This document shows, one piece after another, positions 1 through 12,100 of a stretch of 64,000 bases of DNA. The notes under the pieces are model-generated. The model was not told the DNA's origin. It worked only from the letters and a program-made list of their open reading frames with translations, and did no database searches. How positions within the stretch are numbered: the first letter of the stretch is position 1; every line of letters begins with the position of its first letter. The DNA is from Emiliania huxleyi CCMP1516. Taxonomy: Eukaryota. The DNA lies in NCBI RefSeq assembly GCF_000372725.1, contig NW_005201192.1, forward strand, positions 880,758 through 944,757, in the 5' to 3' direction. The position numbers and the translations under genes were made by a program.

Positions 1-3000
1 GTGCGAGGCGGGAAGCCACTGCGCTGTTGGCGCGGCGGCGGCGCTGCCGTGCGAGGCTGGCAGCTACTCGAGCGCCACCAACCTCACCGACGCGAGCGAG
101 TGCACCGACGCCACGCCGGGCCACTTCGCCACCACCGGCTCCACCGAGCAGACGGCGTGCCGCGAGGGCAGCTTCGCCAACGGCACCCGCAACGACGCGT
201 GCGAGCTGTGCCCCGAGGGGTACTACCAGGACCAGCCCGCCGCCGCCGCCTGCGTCCGCTGCGCTGCTGGCAAGTTTTGCCCGGTGGGGTCGTCGCGCGA
301 GCTGGACGCGCAGTGCGAGGCGGGCAAGTACGCGAGGCTGACCGACCGGAGCGGCGACCCCGAGTGCCTCGACTGCCCCGCCGGCTCGTCGTGCGGCGGC
401 GGGGCGGCGCCGCCGTCCGAGTGCTCGCCGGGCTCTTTCGCCGCCACGGCCGGCCTCTCCGAGTGCGCCAGCTGTGCGGGCGGGACGTACCAGGGCGAGT
501 CGAACGCGACGAGCTGCCTTCCGTGCGTGGAGGGCAGCTACTGCGCCGAGGGCGCGTCGGCGCCGCTGCCGTGCGTTGCGGGCAGCTACTCGACCGCCAC
601 CAACCTCACCGCCGCGGGCGAGTGCACCGACGCCTCGCCGGGCCACTTCGCCACCACCGGCTCCACGCAGCAGACGGCGTGCGCCAAGGGGTCGTACACG
701 GACGCGTACGGGCAGGGCGCGTGCACGCCCTGCGCCGGCGGCACGTACCAGGACGAGGAAGGCAAGACGGCGTGCGAGCCGTGCGAGGCGGGCAGCTACT
801 GCGCTGTTGGCGCGGCGGCGGCGCTGCCATGCGAGGCTGGCAGCTACTCGAGCGCCACCAACCTCACCGACGCGAGCGAGTGCACCGCCGCCTCGCCGGG
901 CCACTTCGCCACCACCGGCTCCACGCAGCAGACGGCGTGCCGCGAGGGCAGCTTCGCCAACGGCACCCGCAACGAGGCGTGCGAGCTGTGCCCCGAGGGG
1001 TACTACCAGGACCAGCCCGCCGCCGCCGCCTGCGTCCGCTGCGCTGCTGGCAAGTTTTGCCCGGTGGGGTCGTCGCGCGAGCTGGACGCGCAGTGCGAGG
1101 CGGGCACGTACGCGAGGCTGACCGACCGGAGCGGCGACCCCGAGTGCCTCGACTGCCCCGCCGGCTCGTCGTGCGGCGGCGGGGCGGCGCCGCCCTCCGA
1201 GTGCTCGCCGGGCTCTTTCGCCGCCACGGCCGGCCTCTCCGAGTGCGCCAGCTGTGCGGGCGGGACGTACCAGGGCGAGTCGAACGCGACGAGCTGCCTT
1301 CCGTGCGTGGAGGGCAGCTACTGCGCCGAGGGCGCGTCGGCGCCGCTGCCGTGCGTTGCGGGCAGCTACTCGACCGCCACCAACCTCACCGCCGCGGGCG
1401 AGTGCACCGACGCCTCGCCGGGCCACTTCGCCACCACCGGCTCCACGCAGCAGACGGCGTGCGCCAAGGGGTCGTACACGGACGCGTACGGGCAGGGCGC
1501 GTGCACGCCCTGCGCCGGCGGCACGTACCAGGACGAGGAAGGCAAGACGGCGTGCGAGCCGTGCGAGGCGGGAAGCCACTGCGCTGTTGGCGCGGCGGCG
1601 GCGCTGCCGTGCGAGGCTGGCAGCTACTCGAGCGCCACCAACCTCACCGACGCGAGCGAGTGCACCGACGCCACGCCGGGCCACTTCGCCACCACCGGCT
1701 CCACCGAGCAGACGGCGTGCCGCGAGGGCAGCTTCGCCAACGGCACCCGCAACGAGGCGTGCGAGCTGTGCCCCGAGGGGTACTACCAGGACCAGCCCGC
1801 CGCCGCCGCCTGCGTCCGCTGCGCTGCTGGCAAGTTTTGCCCGGTGGGGTCGTCGCGCGAGCTGGACGCGCAGTGCGAGGCGGGCAAGTACGCGAGGCTG
1901 ACCGACCGGAGCGGCGACCCCGAGTGCCTCGACTGCCCCGCCGGCTCGTCGTGCGGCGGCGGGGCGGCGCCGCCCTCCGAGTGCTCGCCGGGCTCTTTCG
2001 CCGCCACGGCCGGCCTCTCCAAGTGCGCCAGCTGTGCGGGCGGGACGTACCAGGGCGAGTCGAACGCGACGAGCTGCCTTCCGTGCGTGGAGGGCAGCTA
2101 CTGCGCCGAGGGCGCGTCGGCGCCGCTGCCGTGCGTTGCGGGCAGCTACTCGACCGCCACCAACCTCACCGCCGCGGGCGAGTGCACCGACGCCTCGCCG
2201 GGCCACTTCGCCACCACCGGCTCCACAGAGCAGACGCCGTGTCGCGAGGGCAGCTTCGCCAACGGCACCCGCAACGAGGCGTGCGAGCTGTGCGCCCAGG
2301 GCTACTACCAAGACCAGCCCGCCGCCGCCGCCTGCGTCCGCTGCGCTGCTGGCAAGTTTTGCCCGGTGGGGTCGTCGCGCGAGCTGGACGCGCAGTGCGA
2401 GGCGGGCAAGTACGCGAGGCTGACCGACCGGAGCGGCGACCCCGAGTGCCTCGACTGCCCCGCCGGCTCGTCGTGCGGCGGCGGGGCGGCGCCGCCGTCC
2501 GAGTGCTCGCCGGGCTTTTTCGCCGCCACGGCCGGCCTCTCCGAGTGCGCCAGCTGTGCGGGCGGGACGTACCAGGGCGAGTCGAACGCGACGAGCTGCC
2601 TTCCGTGCGTGGAGGGCAGCTACTGCGCCGTGGGCGCGTCGGCGCCGCTGCCGTGCGAGGCTGGCAGCTACTCGACCGCCACCAACCTCACCGCCGCGGG
2701 CGAGTGCACCGACGCCTCGCCGGGCCACTTCGCCACCACCGGCTCCACGCAGCAGACGGCGTGCGCCAAGGGGTCGTACACGGACGCGTACGGGCAGGGC
2801 GCGTGCACGCCCTGCGCCGGCGGCACGTACCAGGACGAGGAAGGCAAGACGGCGTGCGAGCCGTGCGAGGCGGGAAGCCACTGCGCTGTTGGCGCGGCGG
2901 CAGCGCTGCCGTGCGAGGCTGGCAGCTACTCGAGCGCCACCAACCTCACCGCCGCGGGCGAGTGCACCGACGCCTCGCCGGGCCACTTCGCCACCACCGG

Positions 3001-6000
3001 CTCCACCGAGCAGACGGCGTGCCGCGAGGGCAGCTTCGCCAACGGCACCCGCAACGAGGCGTGCGAGCTGTGCCCCGAGGGGTACTACCAGGACCAGCCC
3101 GCCGCCGCCGCCTGCGTCCGCTGCGCTGCTGGCAAGTTTTGCCCGGTGGGGTCGTCGCGCGAGCTGGACGCGCAGTGCGAGGCGGGCACGTACGCGAGGC
3201 TGACCGACCGGAGCGGCGACCCCGAGTGCCTCGACTGCCCCGCCGGCTCGTCGTGCGGCGGCGGGGCGGCGCCGCCCTCCGAGTGCTCGCCGGGCTCTTT
3301 CGCCGCCACGGCCGGCCTCTCCGAGTGCGCCAGCTGTGCGGGCGGGACGTACCAGGGCGAGTCGAACGCGACGAGCTGCCTTCCGTGCGTGGAGGGCAGC
3401 TACTGCGCCGAGGGCGCGTCGGCGCCGCTGCCGTGCGTTGCGGGCAGCTACTCGACCGCCACCAACCTCACCGCCGCGGGCGAGTGCACCGACGCCTCGC
3501 CGGGCCACTTCGCCACCACCGGCTCCACGCAGCAGACGGCGTGCGCCAAGGGGTCGTACACGGACGCGTACGGGCAGGGCGCGTGCACGCCCTGCGCCGG
3601 CGGCACGTACCAGGACGAGGAAGGCAAGACGGCGTGCGAGCCGTGCGAGGCGGGCAGCTACTGCGCTGTTGGCGCGGCGGCGGCGCTGCCGTGCGAGGCT
3701 GGCAGCTACTCGAGCGCCACCAACCTCACCGACGCGAGCGAGTGCACCGACGCCACGCCGGGCCACTTCGCCACCACCGGCTCCACCGAGCAGACGGCGT
3801 GCCGCGAGGGCAGCTTCGCCAACGGCACCCGCAACGACGCGTGCGAGCTGTGCCCCGAGGGGTACTACCAGGACCAGCCCGCCGCCGCCGCCTGCGTCCG
3901 CTGCGCTGCTGGCAAGTTTTGCCCGGTGGGGTCGTCGCGCGAGCTGGACGCGCAGTGCGAGGCGGGCACGTACGCGAGGCTGACCGACCGGAGCGGCGAC
4001 CCCGAGTGCCTCGACTGCCCCGCCGGCTCGTCGTGCGGCGGCGGGGCGGCGCCGCCCTCCGAGTGCTCGCCGGGCTCTTTCGCCGCCACGGCCGGCCTCT
4101 CCGAGTGCGCCAGCTGTGCGGGCGGGACGTACCAGGGCGAGTCGAACGCGACGAGCTGCCTTCCGTGCGTGGAGGGCAGCTATTGCGCCGAGGGCGCGTC
4201 GGCGCCGCTGCCGTGCGAGGCTGGCAGCTACTCGACCGCCACCAACCTCACCGCCGCGGGCGAGTGCACCGACGCCTCGCCGGGCCACTTCGCCACCACC
4301 GGCTCCACGCAGCAGACGGCGTGCGCCAAGGGGTCGTACACGGACGCGTACGGGCAGGGCGCGTGCACGCCCTGCGCCGGCGGCACGTACCAGGACGAGG
4401 AAGGCAAGACGGCGTGCGAGCCGTGCGAGGCGGGAAGCTACTGCGCTGTTGGCGCGGCGGCGGCGCTGCCGTGCGAGGCTGGCAGCTACTCGACCGCCAC
4501 CAACCTCACCGACGCGAGCGAGTGCACCGACGCCACGCCGGGCCACTTCGCCACCACCGGCTCCACCGAGCAGACGGCGTGCCGTGAGGGCAGCTTCGCC
4601 AACGGCACCCGCAACGACGCGTGCGAGCTGTGCCCCGAGGGGTACTACCAGGACCAGCCCGCCGCCGCCGCCTGCGTCCGCTGCGCTGCTGGCAAGTTTT
4701 GCCCGGTGGGGTCGTCGCGCGAGCTGGACGCGCAGTGCGAGGCGGGCACGTACGCGAGGCTGACCGACCGGAGCGGCGACCCCGAGTGCCTCGACTGCCC
4801 CGCCGGCTCGTCGTGCGGCGGCGGGGCGGCGCCGCCCTCCGAGTGCTCGCCGGGCTCTTTCGCCGCCACGGCCGGCCTCTCCGAGTGCGCCAGCTGTGCG
4901 GGCGGGACGTACCAGGGCGAGTCGAACGCGACGAGCTGCCTTCCGTGCGTGGAGGGCAGCTACTGCGCCGAGGGCGCGTCGGCGCCGCTGCCGTGCGTTG
5001 CGGGCAGCTACTCGACCGCCACCAACCTCACCGCCGCGGGCGAGTGCACCGACGCCTCGCCGGGCCACTTCGCCACCACCGGCTCCACGCAGCAGACGGC
5101 GTGCGCCAAGGGGTCGTACACGGACGCGTACGGGCAGGGCGCGTGCACGCCCTGCGCCGGCGGCACGTACCAGGACGAGGAAGGCAAGACGGCGTGCGAG
5201 CCGTGCGAGGCGGGAAGCTACTGCGCTGTTGGCGCGGCGGCGGCGCTGCCGTGCGAGGCTGGCAGCTACTCGACCGCCACCAACCTCACCGACGCGAGCG
5301 AGTGCACCGACGCCACGCCGGGCCACTTCGCCACCACCGGCTCCACCGAGCAGACGGCGTGCCGCGAGGGCAGCTTCGCCAACGGCACCCGCAACGACGC
5401 GTGCGAGCTGTGCGCCAAGGGGTACTACCAGGACCAGCCCGCCGCCGCCGCCTGCGTCCGCTGCGCTGCTGGCAAGTTTTGCCCGGTGGGGTCGTCGCGC
5501 GAGCTGGACGCGCAGTGCGAGGCGGGCACGTACGCGAGGCTGACCGACCGGAGCGGCGACCCCGAGTGCCTCGACTGCCCCGCCGGCTCGTCGTGCGGTG
5601 GCGGGGCGGCGCCGCCCTCCGAGTGCTCGCCGGGCTCTTTCGCCGCCACGGCCGGCCTCTCCGAGTGCGCCAGCTGTGCGGGCGGGACGTACCAGGGCGA
5701 GTCGAACGCGACGAGCTGCCTTCCGTGCGTGGAGGGCAGCTACTGCGCCGAGGGCGCGTCGGCGCCGCTGCCGTGCGTTGCGGGCAGCTACTCGACCGCC
5801 ACCAACCTCACCGCCGCGGGCGAGTGCACCGACGCCTCGCCGGGCCACTTCGCCACCACCGGCTCCACGCAGCAGACGGCGTGCGCCAAGGGGTCGTACA
5901 CGGACGCGTACGGGCAGGGCGCGTGCACGCCCTGCGCCGGCGGCACGTACCAGGACGAGGAAGGCAAGACGGCGTGCGAGCCGTGCGAGGCGGGAAGCCA

Positions 6001-7380
6001 CTGCGCTGTTGGCGCGGCGGCGGCGCTGCCGTGCGAGGCTGGCAGCTACTCGACCGCCACCAACCTCACCGACGCGAGCGAGTGCACCGACGCCACGCCG
6101 GGCCACTTCGCCACCACCGGCTCCACCGAGCAGACGGCGTGCCGTGAGGGCAGCTTCGCCAACGGCACCCGCAACGACGCGTGCGAGCTGTGCCCCGAGG
6201 GGTACTACCAGGACCAGCCCGCCGCCGCCGCCTGCGTCCGCTGCGCTGCTGGCAAGTTTTGCCCGGTGGGGTCGTCGCGCGAGCTGGACGCGCAGTGCGA
6301 GGCGGGCACGTACGCGAGGCTGACCGACCGGAGCGGCGACCCCGAGTGCCTCGACTGCCCCGCCGGCTCGTCGTGCGGCGGCGGGGCGGCGCCGCCCTCC
6401 GAGTGCTCGCCGGGCTCTTTCGCCGCCACGGCCGGCCTCTCCGAGTGCGCCAGCTGTGCGGGCGGGACGTACCAGGGCGAGTCGAACGCGACGAGCTGCC
6501 TTCCGTGCGTGGAGGGCAGCTACTGCGCCGAGGGCGCGTCGGCGCCGCTGCCGTGCGTTGCGGGCAGCTACTCGACCGCCACCAACCTCACCGCCGCGGG
6601 CGAGTGCACCGACGCCTCGCCGGGCCACTTCGCCACCACCGGCTCCACGCAGCAGACGGCGTGCGCCAAGGGGTCGTACACGGACGCGTACGGGCAGGGC
6701 GCGTGCACGCCCTGCGCCGGCGGCACGTACCAGGACGAGGAAGGCAAGACGGCGTGCGAGCCGTGCGAGGCGGGAAGCTACTGCGCTGTTGGCGCGGCGG
6801 CGGCGCTGCCGTGCGAGGCTGGCAGCTACTCGAGCGCCACCAACCTCACCGACGCGAGCGAGTGCACCGACGCCACGCCGGGCCACTTCGCCACCACCGG
6901 CTCCACCGAGCAGACGGCGTGCCGCGAGGGCAGCTTCGCCAACGGCACCCGCAACGACGCGTGCGAGCTGTGCGCCAAGGGGTACTACCAGGACCAGCCC
7001 GCCGCCGCCGCCTGCGTCCGCTGCGCTGCTGGCAAGTTTTGCCCGGTGGGGTCGTCGCGCGAGCTGGACGCGCAGTGCGAGGCGGGCACGTACGCCAGGC
7101 TGACCGACCGGAGCGGCGACCCCGAGTGCCTCGACTGCCCCGCCGGCTCGTCGTGCGGCGGCGGGGCGGCGCCGCCCTCCGAGTGCTCGCCGGGCTCTTT
7201 CGCCGCCACGGCCGGCCTCTCCAAGTGCGCCAGCTGTGCGGGCGGGACGTACCAGGGCGAGTCGAACGCGACGAGCTGCCTTCCGTGCGTGGAGGGCAGC
7301 TACTGCGCCGAGGGCGCGTCGGCGCCGCTGCCGTGCGTTGCGGGCAGCTACTCGACCGCCACCAACCTCACCGCCGCGGG
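1..7380 (+). repeat. 780-bp coding tandem array, one unit shortened to 522 bp
   Basis: Homologous shadow ORFs start at 474, 1254, 2034, 2556, 3336, 4116, 4896, 6456 and 7236 (period 780, one step of 522). Units differ by only a few substitutions. Confidence 0.95.
2..7380 (+). CDS. Giant Cys-rich tandem-repeat surface protein (GCC2/GCC3 / ephrin-receptor-like CxxGxY..CxxC repeats); 5' end lies outside the window
   Basis: Frame of ORF 284..8224 is open through about 9.8 near-identical 260-aa units ([34 protein letters not shown]), each with several N-x-T sequons (NAT, NLT, NGT). The repeat stops abruptly at ~7380 with no normal C-terminus or TM anchor. Confidence 0.8.
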
Positions 7381-8265
7381 CGTCGCCGGGCGCGCGGCAC
7401 GCGCCGCGCGTGCGGCGCGACGTCTCCATGGTCATCGGCGAGCAGGCCACGTCCGTCGGGCCGGCGCAGCTGCTGCGAAAGCTGAAGCAGGATCTGCCGC
7501 AGTTTCCGTGGCTCGCCGAGGGCGAGGGCAACCCGGCGAACAAGGTGGTGTGGACATGCCGGAGCACGTGCGCGAGATCCTCGTGCAGCCGGTCGCGCCC
7601 AAGCGCGAGGCCGAGAGCGAGGAGCGCACCCACCGCATCCGCTCGCGCTTCGAGGAGGCGGCCGCCGACGCGCAGGCGCTGCGCGGCATGCTCATCGGCG
7701 AGGAGGACGCGACGGCGTGGTGGCGCACGCCGCGCGACGTGGCGCCCGGCGGGCGCGAGGTCACAAAGGACGACCCGCTCACCGTCCTCGTCGCCGGCGG
7801 CGGCCTCGGCGGCCTCGCCGGCCTCATCACCGCGGCGGCATGCCACGCCAAGGGGATGAAGGTCGCGCTCTTCGAGCAGGCGTCGTCGTACGCGCCGTAC
7901 GGCGGGCCGATCCAGATCCAGTCGAATGCGCCTGCGCGCCATCGAGCGCATCTCGCCCGAGTGCTTCCAGGAGCTCGTCGCCGCGGGCACCGTCACCGCC
8001 GACCGCGTCTCCGGCCTCAAGATTGGCTACAAGAAGGGCAACAAGCTGGCGGGGCTGTACGACCGCGGCGACTGGCTGGTGCGCTTCGACACGATCGGGC
8101 CGGCGCTCGAGGCGGGGCTGCCGGCGACGGTCGTCATCGACCGCCCGGTCATCCAGCAGATCCTCGTCAAGCACGGCTTCCCGGACGGCACCGTGCGCAT
8201 CAAGTCGCGCGTCGAGTCGTTTGAGGACCTCGGCGACGGCCGCGGCGTGTGCGCGACGCTCGCGG
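7381..8265 (+). pseudogene. ZEP1: Truncated, frameshifted zeaxanthin-epoxidase-like (diatom ZEP1-type) fragment
   Basis: Across three frames: ..[51 protein letters not shown] / [60 protein letters not shown]. This has the FAD GxGxxG motif and the [12 protein letters not shown] signature. Frameshifts near 7550 and 7930; no signal peptide; ends before the DG motif. Confidence 0.8.
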
Positions 8266-8888
8266 CCAGTCCCGGGCGACCTTCGTCGCCACGGAGCCCT
8301 GAGGGACCGTGGCGTACACCAGGTCGCCGAACCCGCTGCCCCCCTCGGGAGGCAGCGAGTATGCGACCTGAATGTTGGACCCGGTGGTTGCGCGCCGCCT
8401 GCGTCGCAGCCTCCAGGCCCTCCATCACGAACTCGACGTTCTCGCGCAGCTGCGCGTGCGGGTAGTCCGCACGCTCGGCCTCGCTCGCGGCGCGCTCGCC
8501 AGCCTCCTCCGCCCGGCGCGCCTTCTGCCGGGCCTTCTTGGCCTTGCGTGCCGCGGCTCGAGCCGCGAGCTGCTCCTTGGTGGGATCCTTCTTCTTCGGC
8601 GCGGTGCGCTCGATGTACGAGCGCTCCGCCGCCTGCACGTGCTTCAGGTCGACCTCGATGGTCGCGTAGCCAGGCTTTATCACCCTGACACAAGAAACAC
8701 CGAACAACCCGCTTGCGACACTCACTGCGTCCTCCAGTTGCGCGCGATCGGAGCCATTCCAGGGTCCGCTGCGCCTCCCCGCCCCGGCAGCACGACGGTG
8801 GCCGGCGCTTGCGCGCCAGCCCCGTCCGCCGCCGGTGTTCCGCGGCCGCGGTCCCTGTCATAGCTACACGTGCGCGCCATGCCCATGG
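8266..8888 (-). pseudogene. 5' fragment of an unidentified Lys/Ala/Glu-rich coding sequence, possibly transposon-derived
   Basis: Minus-strand frame [42 protein letters not shown], preceded by a short GT-AG intron (~8685-8725) and a possible ATG at ~8888. It runs convergently into the ZEP fragment without its own stop. Confidence 0.3.
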
Positions 8889-9138
8889 GCCGACGTGCCC
8901 GCCGACTCCGAATGTGCACTGTAGTGCGAGGTGTGAAGAGAACAGTCCGACATTTGGGAGTTTGATACATTTTGGGAGTTTGGTTTTCTGGGGGGGCACG
9001 GGGAGAGGGCCGCTTATACAAACAAACGGCTGCCACACCAGAGTAGAGTCTTGCCACACCGGCGTCACTGGCGACCCGCAGCTGGTATCACAAGGAGTCG
9101 GACCACTGGTAGCCCCTCGCCAAGGCATCCACACACAG

Positions 9139-12100
9139 TCACGCGGCCCTCGCGCCTCCTCCCCCTCTGCTACGTCCGGAGCCGAGCACGTGCACGAAAT
9201 CGCTGAGACCGAGCGGCGCGTGCCCGGAAGCGGAAACCGCGCCCCGCGCGAGGCGGCGGCTCTGCCAGAGCAGGATGTTTGGCTCGATCGATTCCTGGAC
9301 GATGAGCCGCACCACCTTGGTCGCCCTCTCCTGCCCCAGCCGGCAGATGCGGCCCACCGCCTGCGCCTCGATGCCCGGCTGCAACGACGGCTCGAGCAAC
9401 ACAGCCACGCTCGCGACCTGCAAGTTGAGGCCCGCAGCGCCCGAACCGCCCGCGCCCGATGCACCCCCAAAGAGCGGCACCAGCAGCGCGTCGCACGATC
9501 CGGCGCCGGCGCCGCTCGCCCCCGCCGCAGCAGCGTCGCGTGAGACGTCGCCGTCCGCAGCCGCAAGCGGCAGCCCGCCCGCCGCCCCGAAGCGGCGGAG
9601 CGCCTCCTGCTTCGCCGCCGCAGAGCCGACGAGCGACGCGCACGCGATGCCCGCAGAGGCGAGCGCGTCGGCGGCGAGCTTGAGCAGCCGCGTCCACGCC
9701 GAGAAGACGACCACCTTCTCGCCGCGCTCGACCGCGGCCGCCACCACCTGGTGCAGCGCGGCAATCTTGGAGCCGTACTCGCGCACGAGCGACTTGTCGA
9801 GATCGCGGCCCAGCGGGACGCCGCACCCGCCCGGCGAGGCGGAGGAGGCGGAGGCGGAGGAGGCAGAGGCGGAGGAGGTTCCCGCCGCCCCGCCCGCCCC
9901 TGAGCTCCCGAACGAACCTGGCTGCCGGCCCACGCCGCTTCCCGCGGCGGCCGCCTCTGGCGGCGGCGGAGGAGGCGCGGGTTCAACCTCGAAGAGTGTG
10001 CCGGCGGTGAGCCCGCCCTGCTTGCAGACGGGGCAAGTGACCCGCTCCTCCACCCACTGCAGGATGCACTCGTAGCACCCGGCGTGGCCGCACGGCGTCA
10101 CAACCCACGCGCCTGAGGCGCTATCGTGGACGCGTCACGGACACGTCTTGGCGCGGCGACGGAGGATGTGCTGTTGACGCGCCATCGCCGCGGTCGTCGA
10201 AGCATATCGGACAAGTCTCCGCCTCGAGCGCCACCACCTAATCGATCGACACTCACTACAGACCAAATGGTCCGCTCATGGGCGATCTGTACACCTTGCG
10301 CGCCGCCACCTGCGCAGCCGCCGCCGCGCCCTCCGCCTCCGCCTCCGCCCCATCCTCTGCGCCGCCCACGCCGCCGCCCACTCCGCCGCCCGCCGCTCCC
10401 GCCGCCCCGTGGTCGTAGCGGTCCAACTTCGCCTGCAGGAATGACTCGTTCGACTTCTTCTCGCGCAGCACCCTCGCCGTGCCTTCGACGGCCGCTGCGC
10501 CCTCGCGCAGCGCGGCATCCACGCCGCTCCGCCGCCAGGCGGTAAAGATGGCGGCGAGGGCCGGGTGCCGCTTCGCAGGCCGCCCCCATCCATCTGGGGC
10601 CGCACTGGCGGCAGCGGCCGCCGCCGCCGCCGCCTCGCTCTGCGCATCCTTGCGTCCTTGCCGCCGCGACTTGACCACCTTGCCGTCGGCGTCCTGAACA
10701 ACCTTGCGTCGCTCGGCCGCCGCCGCCGCCTTGGCCTCCCGCTCGTCGTCCACGTCCCACGGCGCGTCCTTGCCAAGATACAGCTTCTTGAGCGCCGCCC
10801 GCAACACCGCCCATCGACGCGGCGCAACCACGCGAAAAGCGTGCGAGCCGCCCTTGCTGCACGCGCCGCCCGCCTCCGCGCAAGCCTCACCGACACCGTT
10901 GCCCTTTTCGCCACCCTCGCCGCCCCCGCCCCCGCCGCAGACCGCCTCCTCGGCGACCGACGCTGCCACCGTCGCCCCTGCCGCCTCTGACGCCGCCTCT
11001 GACGCCGCCGCCTCTGACGCCGCGGCCGCGGCCGCCGCCGCGCTCTTGAGCGCCGTCCCCGGCGTGCGTTGGCACTTCGCGCACTGCCGCCGCACCTCGA
11101 GGATCCGCTGCACCGCCTCGTCACTCGACGCGGCGGCGCACCGCTCTTTTGAGCGGGCGACGAGGTCGTCGAGCTCGGCGAGGACCTTCTCCTGCCCATG
11201 CAGGCCCGCGAGCGGGCCTCGCGGGGCGGGCGGCTTCGCCTTGCCAGCTTTGGTCTTGCCGCCAGCCTTGCCCTTGCCAACCCGGGTCGAACCGCCGGCC
11301 ACGCCCGCCGCCTTGCGCTTGCCCCTGGCCTTTGCGCTCGCTACCGGCGCCTCCGCGTCCGCAGCCTCCTCCTCCTCCGCCTCCGCCGCCTCCGCCGTCT
11401 CGGCAGCCACCGCGCCAACCTCCGCACCCGGATCCTCCTCCGCCTCCACCTCTAGGGTGTGCGGCGCGAGCGCCACGTGCGCCACGTACCTACAGGGAGG
11501 CTCGGACAAGCTCAGAGAAGGCTCGGAGGAGGAGGAAAAGCGCCACTTGCGCGGCGCACAGCGCGGCGCGAGCGCGCAGATGCGCCACCGCCGCGTTGTC
11601 GCGGTCGCGCGAGGCTTGCGCCACAAGCCGCTCGAGGATCGTCCGCTGCGGCAAGCGGGTTGCGGACGCGAGCACGGCCGCCTCGCCCTTGCCCAATCCG
11701 CCCCCAACCTTCTCAGCGTTGACCGCGAACGGGGAGCAGAGCATCTGCCGCACGCGGGTGAGCGTTCCGTTGAGCTCGCCCATCTTGCGCGCCTGCACCA
11801 GCGACGAGAACGCGCCCGCGCTCTCAAAGTCGCGTGCGTCCAAGCCGCGCCGCCGACGCGCCTGTGCAAATTATCGCGTTGGATAGCCCGGTGCTGTCTG
11901 TCTGTCCGCTCTCGACCTTCCGTGCGTGTGTGAAGGGCGGCCGTGCTCAAAGCCGCCGGAGAGAGGGGAGGGCGGAGGCGCTCGCGCCTCGTCAAGACGG
12001 CGCTGTGCGCCTCGCGCGCCGGCCGCCGCCTCGACGACGCGCGCGAATGCGCCGTGCGATGCGCGCAGGTCGGCGAGGGCGGCGTCGTAGGCGGCACGCT

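Noticed and set aside
1..4587. 1528-aa Arg-rich ORF and other long off-frame ORFs over the array
   Set aside because: Shadow frames of a GC-rich coding repeat; only the Cys-rich frame looks like a real protein.
284..8224. 2646-aa ORF read as a genuine Cys-repeat-FAD monooxygenase fusion
   Set aside because: The ZEP part is entered out of frame, is in the long ORF's frame only between two frameshifts, and is truncated.
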